A stretch of DNA of 64,000 bases, taken from contig OZ244960.1 in assembly GCA_965222605.1 (NCBI GenBank), positions 4,032,001 through 4,096,000 on the forward strand, in the 5' to 3' direction. Below are positions 28,901 through 37,581 of the stretch, one piece after another; the first letter of the stretch is position 1; each line of letters opens with the position of its first letter. The stretch is from Candidatus Latescibacterota bacterium. Lineage in GTDB: Bacteria > Latescibacterota > UBA2968. The notes beneath the pieces were generated by a model. The model ran no database searches, was not told the DNA's origin, and saw only the letters and a list, made by a program, of their open reading frames with translations. The translations under genes were made by a program, and so were the position numbers.

Positions 28901-29239
28901 TATAGCACGGGTGGTATTCAGGGATTCCGACAGGGTCCCCTCCATACACGTGCAGACTTCAATGCCGAGAAGGTATTTGGCAATACATCGGGCGTGAGCA
29001 TAACCGTGGCTGTGGAGATCTACAATTTGTTCAATCAGAAGGACTGGCGTCAGAATAGCCTTGGTGGGGTTCCGGAAGATTGGAATTCTGATCGCTATCA
29101 GCAGTATGGGATCATGGGCTTAGAGCCTACCAATCTCGATATTGTTGCGCTGGGTCTGAAGGCACCAGAAATCAACGATATCGGCAACTATTGGGATTCT
29201 CCGCGCGAGCTGAATTTCAGCTTGCGCATTAAGTGGTAG
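25970..29239 (+). CDS. TonB-dependent receptor, module 2
   Basis: Same motifs as 18026-21121 (GGYNAEYGNA, YIQDKIEFEGMIVNAG, PRVGVSHPIT), ends RIKW. Confidence 0.9.
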   Translation: MHKLLKTLSIVALSLLVGAGVSYAATTGKVQGTVRDAQTDEVVPGANVVIDGTQRGAVTDTDGFFLILLVDPGSYSMTASLVGYDAQRQTDIRVQTDLTTTVEFQIREATLELGEITVIAERPPVEPDKTTSRYIMSAEDLEAVPIVRDMGQFIELQAGVSIDADGNEIMIRGGDPDHVAYIVDGVRIAASARTGIGRNLNKSAVQELQVITGGYNAEYGNAQGGVVSMVTRDGGSSYSGMLDYRFTPSGQKHWGANVYDSPMHRGNNKWDNPDWVAEQIEIPADLDGDGANDIVQAHKRLDYTGKMGHRIDGNIAGPLSQDLTFFASTVWRKEPAALLSADLTTPPNTRNTAKLTFSASPSLKLRAGGIYNRRQGTFGGPGEGGRLDLRNSGKNIFLHVVNPTGKLISTDALFYGAVTHSLSPKTFYEVNLAYSTTVRDTTGFQRHFNVGENLTSSSTKDAAGHYTIYRETTNWSIWDYKRLSFKADLSSQVNKQNFVKVGVEVIRYNNWYQQRHSNGPTHRSIRWFSKNYTDTAFWPNGNNMGLNPLDFGVYIQDKIEFEGMIVNAGMRGELFFPNTYIKDSDAWYGAKAPWAGMTRSAYIPTVKGPLIKAFQPRVGVSHPITEKSLVRFFYGRFVQRPTLSQMFQNQFTSNEAVDRDLNGNSVIDPGEQFNEFNDSGSRHGTPYLPPEETTSFEVGLDWNFVGDYVLGLTTYYKASGNEIRSASQQWIDPGGHQYVTGIQGHGPGNWRDVRGFEINLRKKFSNMFAFNVGYNLQWADGGRNSAHRRDVWPDSQFVASGYYWNTWDVDPTTGVESPVSLQEKARREGLAEDFYVTKYGEQANLYLRSQHTRIVNFRGTGGAWSWIPWYSHYSSEGAQFIADEARTSLGHYDDGDREYWERAGNHPGNPGSGEGTLMVAHNQESGERAPLTADRRSFGSITFLFATPSNYGPFGGRALGNIRSNLVYYLYAGNRFTYSTGGIQGFRQGPLHTRADFNAEKVFGNTSGVSITVAVEIYNLFNQKDWRQNSLGGVPEDWNSDRYQQYGIMGLEPTNLDIVALGLKAPEINDIGNYWDSPRELNFSLRIKW

Positions 29240-29244
29240 ATCGC

Positions 29245-29272
29245 GGAAGGGCGCGGTTTTGCGCGCCCTTTC
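29245..29272 (+). terminator. Probable terminator or stabilising hairpin after the TonB-dependent receptor
   Basis: GAAGGGCGCG-gtttt-gCGCGCCCTTT, with only a short U tail. Confidence 0.55.
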
Positions 29273-29484
29273 TAAAAAACTGGGAACTTTTGATTCCAAA
29301 TGTTAGTTTATATTATAATATAGATTAATGAGAACCTTAGAGTAGTGTGCAGGGGCGCCTGCACACTACCGGCTTCACGCAGAAAGGGGGGACGGTCGAT
29401 ATTTTCGCTTGAAGTCGCCGGGGAAACGCAGTAGCTCGCAAGTAGTAAAGATGTCATCAATCACTCCATAGAGGAGCAGTATCC

Positions 29485-32142
29485 ATGTCCAAAAAGCTAT
29501 GGTTCTACGCTTCCGGATTTTTCGCCGGAGTTGGCATGTGCCTGGCGGGTCTGGTCACACAGGCTCAGGCTCAATGGCCCGGCAATGCCAGAATCTCGAT
29601 GTCCCGGGGTCAGATCGCTCACACGCTTCACAACCCGGGCATGACGGGAAAGAAAGACAACCAGACAAAGCTGGCACAGTCTTCGTTTTCGTATCCTCAG
29701 GCCCGCAATATCAAGGTGTATTCGGGCGGTTCTGAGCGCGAAGGCTGGAATGCCAAGTCGAATACAGGTGGTGAAGGCTTCTGGGTGCTTTCCAATACAG
29801 GTGGCAGCCCACACGGTACGTATGCTGGCCCGCGTATTACGTCTTCAGACCTGGTAGGTCGCCCCCACGATATGACGAAGATGCCCGAAGCCTATGTAGG
29901 CGTTATAGAAAAAGAGACCTGGGCGATGGCCATTCGCAGAGATAGTGGTGCCGATGCGCCCAATATCGCGGGATCAACAGTTGCAGATCGCCGAACCAAC
30001 TGGTGGCCCGAAGCCCACGGCATTGCCAGCACATCACCTGGGACGAATAGGGCTGTTGTGGTCTGGAACTTCCGTTTTGGTCGCTACAACAGCAATGTGC
30101 CTTTTGCCAACCGCATTGGTTCTGGGGATCTTCCGCAATACAGCGCGCCTTCCTGGGTAGAATCGCTGTCCGAAGATGATTTTCCCGAGTTGATCGGTAT
30201 TCAAGAAGGCGGTTCTTCCGCCACGGGTCTGGAATGGACGCGCAAGTGGTTTTCTACGGCGCATCCGGATCACGATGAGTATTTTGTCGTTGACAACGAA
30301 GTGGTGAATACTTCGGGTTCGACGGTTGAAGGTGTTTATATCACCTTTGCCAACCGTTTCCACGCGGGTCAGGCATCAGGCTGGCGGTCAACATCGTGGA
30401 ATCACTCGCGCGATTACACGCGCGATGATTATTATCGCAACACATTGGCAGCCAATTACCTCAATGGCGTCAGCCGTGGGGATTACACCTCTGCGCTTGG
30501 CAGGTCTGCTGGTTTGCAGCGCGGTGTCGATTTGGCCAATGACGGTCATTTTATGACCTATTACCACGATGGGGACTCCGATCACATTTCCAATCTGATC
30601 AATGACCTCGGTGACCCCTATCGCTATGCTATCGCCCGCGAGCGCTATACCCGCGAGCAGACCTGGGTGCGCGAGGGCATGATTCAGCACGGTCAGTATT
30701 TTGGTCTGGGCACGGTAGATGCCTTCCCGCCGTTTATGCGCTATGGCGGCGTGGATGATGAGATGTATGTGGCACCGCAGGACAATCCGGCCACAGGGCA
30801 CGATGAGAGCATGCAACAGCCCGCTTCGGTGCTCTTCCACGGCTATCGCTCAAAGAATGACTTTGATCATCCCTCGCCAGACCGTGCGGGCGATGCTCAG
30901 ATTTACGACGCGATTGCCAATGGGGGCTATACCGCTGAAAATGAAGTACCCGGGCATTATACGACGCTGGTTTCTTATGGTCCTTACACGCTGGCACCGG
31001 GTGAAAAAGCCAAAGTGGTGGTCGCCTATGTGGTGGGTTTGGCGGCTGATCACGCCAAGTATGACGATTACAAGAAGTATGCCAGGCCCTTCAACATGGG
31101 GTGGATGAATCACTACGGTGGTTTGGGGTCTGAGCCTACGAAGTTAGCGGATCGCCAGCCCGAGATTCCATTAGGTGAAGATGTGATGTTCGATCACTTT
31201 GATAATGCCATTCAGTGGTACAACTGGGGTTACGCTCTCCCCAATCAGCCACCGAATACCAAGGTGGCGTGGGATTCCAACCTTCAGGGCAAGACGCAGA
31301 TTCGGTGGAGTACCTTTGGCGAAGAAGCGATGGATCCAGATTATTCTGGCGCCGAGGCTCAGGATTTGCGCGGGTATCGCATCTATCGCTCGTCTGTAGA
31401 GTTTCAGGGCGAGTGGGAGTATGTGACAGAATTTTCTTTCGAAGATGCGCGTGCGGGCAATTTGCCCACGGGTGTCTCGTATGATCCTTCTCGTACGTGG
31501 ACAACGGTTAAGAGCGGTTCCTGGCCAACGGGTATTCCGCTGCTCACTAATCAGTACGTTGATGCTGGTGAGCATGGTAATCTCAATTCCGCCGCTGGTC
31601 CTGAAATTCCCGGCACGTATCTGTTTGACGATCAAGGCACGAACGCTGGCTTCCCCAACTGGTATAGCGTGCGTATGTATGACTCTGGCCACGGTGATTG
31701 GGCCGGTCACGGCAGCGTGGATGTCCTGGAAGCCTCGCAGAGCACATCTCTGGGTTCTGTGTACGGTTCTCGCGGTGGCATTGTTCCCGTGGTTCCGGGT
31801 GCAGCAGTTTTTGATCGCCTCGAAGAGCAGGTTCGCGTGGTGCCCAATCCCTTCAAGGTAGATAGCGATTTGCATACGTACAACCGGCAGCAGAATATGC
31901 GCTTTACCAATCTGCCGGGTCGCTGTCAGATCGACCTTTACGATGTGACGGGTCAGCGAGTCTGGACATTCTACAACCAGGATCCTCTGAAGGGCGAAGT
32001 GACGTATATCCAGCTTGCCGAGAATCGTCCGTCTAACTTTGGTGAGGCGATGTTCCCTGGCATTTACTTCTGGAAGGTCACGTCTCTGATGCCGGGTTCA
32101 GAAGGCAAAACGCAGACCGGCACTTTTGTGATCATCAAGTAA
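29485..32142 (+). CDS. Large secreted protein with T9SS type-A-like C-terminal domain, module 2
   Basis: Signal peptide, YGPYTLAPGEKAKVV, DLRGYRIYRS, and VRVVPNPF...MRFTNLPG...GIYFWKV...GTFVIIK. Paralog of 21189-23693. Confidence 0.7.
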   Translation: MSKKLWFYASGFFAGVGMCLAGLVTQAQAQWPGNARISMSRGQIAHTLHNPGMTGKKDNQTKLAQSSFSYPQARNIKVYSGGSEREGWNAKSNTGGEGFWVLSNTGGSPHGTYAGPRITSSDLVGRPHDMTKMPEAYVGVIEKETWAMAIRRDSGADAPNIAGSTVADRRTNWWPEAHGIASTSPGTNRAVVVWNFRFGRYNSNVPFANRIGSGDLPQYSAPSWVESLSEDDFPELIGIQEGGSSATGLEWTRKWFSTAHPDHDEYFVVDNEVVNTSGSTVEGVYITFANRFHAGQASGWRSTSWNHSRDYTRDDYYRNTLAANYLNGVSRGDYTSALGRSAGLQRGVDLANDGHFMTYYHDGDSDHISNLINDLGDPYRYAIARERYTREQTWVREGMIQHGQYFGLGTVDAFPPFMRYGGVDDEMYVAPQDNPATGHDESMQQPASVLFHGYRSKNDFDHPSPDRAGDAQIYDAIANGGYTAENEVPGHYTTLVSYGPYTLAPGEKAKVVVAYVVGLAADHAKYDDYKKYARPFNMGWMNHYGGLGSEPTKLADRQPEIPLGEDVMFDHFDNAIQWYNWGYALPNQPPNTKVAWDSNLQGKTQIRWSTFGEEAMDPDYSGAEAQDLRGYRIYRSSVEFQGEWEYVTEFSFEDARAGNLPTGVSYDPSRTWTTVKSGSWPTGIPLLTNQYVDAGEHGNLNSAAGPEIPGTYLFDDQGTNAGFPNWYSVRMYDSGHGDWAGHGSVDVLEASQSTSLGSVYGSRGGIVPVVPGAAVFDRLEEQVRVVPNPFKVDSDLHTYNRQQNMRFTNLPGRCQIDLYDVTGQRVWTFYNQDPLKGEVTYIQLAENRPSNFGEAMFPGIYFWKVTSLMPGSEGKTQTGTFVIIK

Positions 32143-32178
32143 GGCGCGAAGCGTCAGACATAAAAAAGGAGAAAGACA

Positions 32179-33195
32179 ATGTTGAAAAAAGCACTGCTCT
32201 TCGGTCTGGCTGTTGCGCTTGCCCTGCCGATGTATGCACAGGCTCAGGAAGAGCGGCCGACCCAAAGTTCATTAGGACCTTTTCCCGTGGATAGGACGCG
32301 TGTTCCCCCTGAAACGGATCTGATTAAGTATGCTCGCGTTACGACCACGTCTTATGGTTTCTTGAAGCTGACGGGCAATGCGCGCTCTGCAGGTATGGGC
32401 GATGCGTATTCGTCTGTTGGCAATGATCTGTCGGCTGTGTTTTACAACCCTGCTGGGGCGACCCAGATTGAGCGCTACGCGTTGACAGCTTCTTATCTGA
32501 AGTGGATTGTGGGGTCTTCAATGGGCACGTTTGCCATTGGTGCCAAGACGAATGTGGCGACCTTTGCAGTCAACTTTGCGTATTTTACCACAGATGAATT
32601 TGAAGAGACCACGTCCTCTCAACCCGGTGGCACGGGACGCATGGCCACAGCAGGTGACATGGCTGTTGGTCTGACCATTGCCAAGCAAGTGACGGATAAA
32701 TTGAGTGTGGGTGGTAATTTGCGCTGGGTTCAGGAAGACCTGGATTTGCAGTCGTATTCCTCGTATGATATAGATTTTGGTACGCTCTTTTATACGGGCT
32801 TCCATTCCACGCGTCTGGGTATGTCGCTCCGCAACTTAGGTGGCGACCAGGACGTGATTGGTCAGAAGGCGCGTTTCCCGATGGTGTTCAATCTGTCGGG
32901 TGCTGCTGAAGTCTATGGCAACCTGGGCGATCCGCTGTCTTTGACAGTGGCAGTTGAACAGATGTTCTTCACGGATTCGGTGAACCGTTATCACTTTGGC
33001 GCGGAAGCATGGATACAGAACATGCTGGCGTTGCGCGGTGGTTACAAGACCGGTTATGACTCCGAATCGTGGACTGTGGGTGCTGGCTTGCAGCAGAAGT
33101 TAGGCGATCAGAGTGTGGGTGTGGATGTTTCGTATTCAAGGGCTGAGGCCCTTGATGAATATCCCATTCGCGTTTCTGTTGGCATCGGCTTCTAA
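32179..33195 (+). CDS. PorV/PorQ-family outer-membrane barrel, module 2
   Basis: FLKLTGNARSAGMGDAY...AVFYNPAG, EETTSSQPGGTG, ends GIGF. Confidence 0.85.
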   Translation: MLKKALLFGLAVALALPMYAQAQEERPTQSSLGPFPVDRTRVPPETDLIKYARVTTTSYGFLKLTGNARSAGMGDAYSSVGNDLSAVFYNPAGATQIERYALTASYLKWIVGSSMGTFAIGAKTNVATFAVNFAYFTTDEFEETTSSQPGGTGRMATAGDMAVGLTIAKQVTDKLSVGGNLRWVQEDLDLQSYSSYDIDFGTLFYTGFHSTRLGMSLRNLGGDQDVIGQKARFPMVFNLSGAAEVYGNLGDPLSLTVAVEQMFFTDSVNRYHFGAEAWIQNMLALRGGYKTGYDSESWTVGAGLQQKLGDQSVGVDVSYSRAEALDEYPIRVSVGIGF

Positions 33196-33217
33196 GAAGC
33201 TCTCCCATCGGATACAC

Positions 33218-33252
33218 AAAAGGCTGCGGTCGAAAGATCGCAGCCTTTTTTT
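33218..33252 (+). terminator. Rho-independent terminator of module 2
   Basis: AAAAGGCTGCGGTC-gaaa-GATCGCAGCCTTTTTTT. Confidence 0.85.
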
Positions 33253-33385
33253 GTACTATAAATGAAAGGCGAAGGTGTATTTAACCATCTGGATTGGTTT
33301 CTTTCACCAATGCCAGGCGGTTTTTTTGTGCCTTAAAATTTTTTATTTATATAAAAAACAATAAGATAGATTCTGAAGGATATTT

Positions 33386-33401
33386 TGGCATAAATATTGC
33401 A
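33386..33401 (+). promoter_or_regulatory. Sigma54 (-24/-12) promoter of pspA
   Basis: TGGCATAAATATTGCA, i.e. GG-N10-GC. Proteobacterial psp operons are known to be sigma54-dependent. Confidence 0.75.
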
Positions 33402-33453
33402 GAGGTATAGATGCGCGTTTGATTAATAACCAAAAACCGAAAGGAGATACACG

Positions 33454-34122
33454 ATGGGCGCCTTTTCAAGAATAAGCAATGTGGTTCGCGCTGAGGTTGA
33501 CGAGGTTTTGAATCAGCTGGAGGATCCTAAGAAGATGGTGCGACAGATGGTTCTGGATATGGAGGCCGCGCTGGATGATGCGGTGATTGCTGTGGCACAG
33601 GCGATGGCCAATGAGAAGTTGCTGGCGCGTCGAATTGCACAGAAGGAGGAAGATTCGGCTTTGTGGGCGCGCAAGGCAGAGGATGCTATGGCTGTTGGTG
33701 AGGAAGAACTGGCGCGCAAGGCACTGGTTCAGAAGTTGGCGGTTGATGAGGCGATTAATACACTGCAAAAAGCGCGGGAGGAAGCGGAAGAGGTGACGGC
33801 GATGCTGAAGCAGCGACTCGCAGAACTGAAGGCCAAATTGGCGTCTGCTCGCGCGCGACAAAGCACGCTGGCGATTCGCAGACGTGTGGTGCAGGAGATG
33901 CGACAAGATGCGCGTGTGACAGCTTATGATGAGTTTGTTCGAGATGTGGCGCGCGAGGAAGCGACTGCTGAAATTTATGCCGAGATGGTAGATGATGCAC
34001 AGTTGAAAGAAGAGTTTGATCAATTGGAGCTAAAGCAGCGCGTCGAAGCCGAGATTCAGGTGTTGAAGGAAAAGGTGAAACAAAGCGCGCGCCAGAATGA
34101 TGAATCTGAGGAGGAGAAGTAA
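33454..34122 (+). CDS. pspA: Phage shock protein A (PspA/IM30 family)
   Basis: MGAFSRISNVVRA...EDPKKMVRQ...GEEELARKAL, a long coiled coil. Confidence 0.9.
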   Translation: MGAFSRISNVVRAEVDEVLNQLEDPKKMVRQMVLDMEAALDDAVIAVAQAMANEKLLARRIAQKEEDSALWARKAEDAMAVGEEELARKALVQKLAVDEAINTLQKAREEAEEVTAMLKQRLAELKAKLASARARQSTLAIRRRVVQEMRQDARVTAYDEFVRDVAREEATAEIYAEMVDDAQLKEEFDQLELKQRVEAEIQVLKEKVKQSARQNDESEEEK

Positions 34123-34124
34123 TC

Positions 34125-34313
34125 ATGTTGGTAAAATTGTTTGGCATCGCCTTGCTGGTCGTCGGTGGGATTGTTGCATTTTGCTTGCTGATGGCTCTCA
34201 TTGGAACAATTTTTGGCATTTTGTTTTTTGCGTTGAAGGTGGCTGTGCCCGTGATACTGGTTTATTTGGGGTATCGGTTGATTACGCGAGATAGACACCA
34301 GGTTACGTACTGA
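34125..34313 (+). CDS. Small membrane protein co-transcribed with pspA
   Basis: 62 aa and almost entirely hydrophobic, RBS GAGGAG, starts 2 nt after the pspA stop. Confidence 0.7.
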   Translation: MLVKLFGIALLVVGGIVAFCLLMALIGTIFGILFFALKVAVPVILVYLGYRLITRDRHQVTY

Positions 34314-34337
34314 ATTAATGGTTGGCGACTGGTGGGA

Positions 34338-34397
34338 CGGCACGGGGACCGTCCCCTACGATGATATTGTTTTTGTAGGGACCCCCTGTGGTCGCCC
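34338..34397. repeat. Degenerate GTAG-type REP doublet
   Basis: GGCACGGGGACCGTCCCCTAC ... GTAGGGACCCCCTGTGGTCGCCC. Confidence 0.55.
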
Positions 34398-34416
34398 GCT
34401 GCACGCGAATGAATAG

Positions 34417-34450
34417 AAGCCCTGGGCGTTGGATAACGTCCGGGGCTTTT
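34417..34450 (+). terminator. Rho-independent terminator of the psp operon
   Basis: AAGCCCTGGGCGTT-ggat-AACGTCCGGGGCTTTT. Confidence 0.75.
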
Positions 34451-34567
34451 GTGTACAAATGCTTGACAGAGAGAGGTATTGCAGATTATTTAGGTCTTGT
34501 GGTTCCGCGGTGGTGGTGCCACTTCGAGAATTTATCTTTTCCGAATCTAATACTACTAACTACTCAC

Positions 34568-35225
34568 CTGCTTGCACGACTTAAAAATTACCTGAAATTT
34601 CGCGTTGAGCAGTTGCTGTTGCGCGGGGCGCATTCTCGATTGCTATTTATCGCGTCCTTAATTGGCGTTGTTGCTGTTGGTGGTGGTTTGATGGTGCAGG
34701 CAACGGACGCGCCTTTTGATGATAGCGAGACAGCCATCTGGTGGGCATTTTTGCGTTTGACCGATCCGGGATATTTGGGAGATGATGAGGGGCTTGCCCG
34801 CCGCGTGATTTCAACGGTGGTAACGGTGCTTGGATACGTGCTTTTTATGGGGTCGTTGATAGCGATTATGACGCAGTGGCTCAATCAGACGATTCGCAAT
34901 AGAGATGGCGGCATGTCGGGGCGAAGTCGCGCTGGGTATTCGCTTGCAAAACGGCGGGGTTGTGCTCAATCCGGCGCATCCAGAGGTTTTGTCCGACCCC
35001 GAACCGCAGATACAGTTCCTGACATTTGGCGATAGTTCGCTGAATTTTGATTTGCTGGTTTGGATTGCGGATCCGACCCGTCAGTATTTTGTGATAAGCG
35101 ATTTGAATTTTGCTATTGTTCAGGCATTTCGAGCGCGGGATATTACCATTCCATTTCCGCAGCGGGATTTGCACATCAAAAGCGCTGTGCCCATCGCCAG
35201 GTCGCCATCGGAAGGCGATCCATAA
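34568..35225 (+). pseudogene. Chimeric relic: N- and C-terminal fragments of a CASTOR/POLLUX-like ion channel, then the C-terminus of an MscS channel
   Basis: WWAFLRLTDPGYLGDDEG pore region. Frameshifted junction near 34899 to RGEVALGIRL...GVVLNP, then HPEVLSDPEP...FGDSSLNFDL...IPFPQRDLH (MscS). Confidence 0.75.
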
Positions 35226-35376
35226 GCAAATGGTATCTCATGGATAATCTCTGCACCGCAGTAGCGGAATTTTGGGCTAAGAACGGCGATGGATACGGCG
35301 AATTTCGCAACCAAATGGCGCGATTTGGGTTTAACCATCACATGTCATTCACACGGATATGAGAGGAGAACGCACA

Positions 35377-37551
35377 ATGTCGATATATAGGGGCCTATCC
35401 CCCTTTCTCGTCTGTCTTTTGTTTTTCCCCGTGTGTGCAGAAGATATACGGCTTACTGTGATTCACAGCAATGATGTCTCAGGTCAATTGACGCGGCGAA
35501 GTGGCCGCGGTGGCATGGCTGCGCGCGTGGGGTTGATTCGCAAATTGCAGATTTCTGAACCGGCGATTGTTCTGGATGCCGGGAATGCTCTGGGACCCAA
35601 TGCGATGTCCCGGTTTGACGCGGGGGCAACGATGTGTGCGGCGATGAATCGCGCGAAATATGCGGCTATGGTGGTGGGGAATCACGATTTGTCTTTGGGC
35701 TGGGATGTTTTGGCAGAACGACAAAAAGAAATCGATTTTCCAATGCTGGCGGCGAATCTCGTGCGAAAAGATGGTGGGACGCCTCCTTTGCCGGGTTATA
35801 CCACGGTCAGGGCTGGCGATGTTCAGGTGGGGATCATCGGTGTGGTGGATCCGCAGGTTGCACATAAAATTGATCCAGGGCATCTATCGGGTCTGAGGGT
35901 TGGCGATCCCGTAAAAGTAGTGGATTCATTGGCCGTTGTATTGCGCGGTAAAAAGGCGCAGTGCGTTATTGTATTGGCGCACATGGATGAAACGAGTGCA
36001 TTGAATTTTGCCCGCAAGGTCGAGGGCGTTGACCTGATCGTCGCTGGCGGATTTAGCGATCTGAATCGCCGTTTACAGGTGCCGGGTCTGATCCGTTTGG
36101 TCAATGGTTTGGCACTGGTCGTCACACCGAGCAATGGGATATCTATTGGCCGCGTTGTGCTCCACTTTTCGCCGGATACTCAGGGCAATATGAAGGTGGT
36201 GGATGTTTTGGCAGAGCAGATTCCAGTGGATCGCTCCGTGGAGAGAGACCCGGAGACAGAGCGGTTGGTCAACAATCTCAGGCGACAATACGAACAGGTC
36301 GCGAGCCAGAAGATAGGCCAGATTGCGGGAAAGACATATCGGGATCAAGGGCGCGTTGTCGCAGGCGTGATGCGTCGGCATCTGAACAGCGAGATCGGCA
36401 TTGTCAACCGAGGGGGGTTGGGAGTCGTGCCTTCAAATCGCGTGCTCACGGTGGGGCATATCGATCACATGATCCCTTTTGATGACCGCCTCGTCAAAAT
36501 GGAGTTGAAGGGCGCACACCTCATGGATATTGTGCGTCGCAGCCAAAATACGCCGACAGAAGAAGCGCAGTTGATTTTTTCTGGATTGAATAAAAACACC
36601 GTCAATGCCCGTCCCATCCAAAAGGACGAATGGTATCGCGTTGCCGTCACCGAATTTCTGGCGAACGGTGGCGATGGCTACAGCGCGTTTCGCAAGGGTA
36701 AAAATGTCGTTTTTACAAATATCGCACTTCGCTCACTCCTCGTTGCAGTGCTGCGAGATACGCAGATTGTTTTGACATCCTCCGATGGTGAAGTGCCTGC
36801 AACAAATGACATCTGGCATGTTCATTGGCGCGTTAAGGGTGCGTTTAATCAGAACTATATCGATGGCACCGCGTTGTTCTATCGGAAACAAAAAGAGCGC
36901 GTGTCATTTCTCAGCGGCAAAACCAATTTGGCATGGCATACGCGGATCGATTGGCAAATTGTCAGAGACATGGAAGAGCGCGTGTTCACCCTCGATCAAA
37001 GTCTCGCCTTTGGACAAGTTGGCACGACATTTGGCGATTTGGTACTATCGGGCGATCAACTCGAAACAGATGTGATATACCGCTATCGCAGGAAAACAGT
37101 TGCCGACCCCTTTGTTTCGGTGGGATATAGCACCGCATTGCGCGAAGTCGAGGGACAGCGGCCCAAGCTCTTGCGCGGCAGCGCGGGTTTTCAACGGCGT
37201 TTTGGGCGCCGATTGACCGTGCGATTGGGTGTCCGCGCACAGCGCGATTTGGCGATTGACGCAAATGACATAGGGGTGGAAGTGAATTTGGACTATCGGC
37301 GATCATTGGGCAGCGGCAAATTGCGGTCGCGGTTGCGCAGTTTTACGGGGTTTACAGATCGGCATGTGGTGTCTTTAGAGAATTACAATACCCTCGCGTT
37401 TCCATTGGTGGGCACGTTGAGTTTGTCTGTGCAGCAAAGCAATTTTTTGTATCGCGTCAACAGAATTGGCAATACGCCTGTGGAGGGCATTGCCAATCGC
37501 TGGAATCTGACGCTCGGTCTGGTTTATGATTTGGGGTGGAAGTGGTACTGA
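35377..37551 (+). CDS. 5'-nucleotidase/metallophosphoesterase-fold protein with degenerate metal ligands, fused to a C-terminal putative outer-membrane beta-barrel
   Basis: Signal peptide, VIHSNDVSG, LDAGN, VGNHD, VLAHM, IVNRGG, PFDDRLV and FLANGGDGY. The last ~250 aa are amphipathic strands ending LGWKWY. Alternative ATG at 35359. Confidence 0.75.
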   Translation: MSIYRGLSPFLVCLLFFPVCAEDIRLTVIHSNDVSGQLTRRSGRGGMAARVGLIRKLQISEPAIVLDAGNALGPNAMSRFDAGATMCAAMNRAKYAAMVVGNHDLSLGWDVLAERQKEIDFPMLAANLVRKDGGTPPLPGYTTVRAGDVQVGIIGVVDPQVAHKIDPGHLSGLRVGDPVKVVDSLAVVLRGKKAQCVIVLAHMDETSALNFARKVEGVDLIVAGGFSDLNRRLQVPGLIRLVNGLALVVTPSNGISIGRVVLHFSPDTQGNMKVVDVLAEQIPVDRSVERDPETERLVNNLRRQYEQVASQKIGQIAGKTYRDQGRVVAGVMRRHLNSEIGIVNRGGLGVVPSNRVLTVGHIDHMIPFDDRLVKMELKGAHLMDIVRRSQNTPTEEAQLIFSGLNKNTVNARPIQKDEWYRVAVTEFLANGGDGYSAFRKGKNVVFTNIALRSLLVAVLRDTQIVLTSSDGEVPATNDIWHVHWRVKGAFNQNYIDGTALFYRKQKERVSFLSGKTNLAWHTRIDWQIVRDMEERVFTLDQSLAFGQVGTTFGDLVLSGDQLETDVIYRYRRKTVADPFVSVGYSTALREVEGQRPKLLRGSAGFQRRFGRRLTVRLGVRAQRDLAIDANDIGVEVNLDYRRSLGSGKLRSRLRSFTGFTDRHVVSLENYNTLAFPLVGTLSLSVQQSNFLYRVNRIGNTPVEGIANRWNLTLGLVYDLGWKWY

Positions 37552-37581
37552 GATCACATGTGCGAATAGGGAAAAAGAATA

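Noticed and set aside
29330-29484. Possible riboswitch (c-di-GMP, cobalamin, TPP) in a structured leader
   Set aside because: No diagnostic conserved motifs recognised. Only a simple hairpin is supported.
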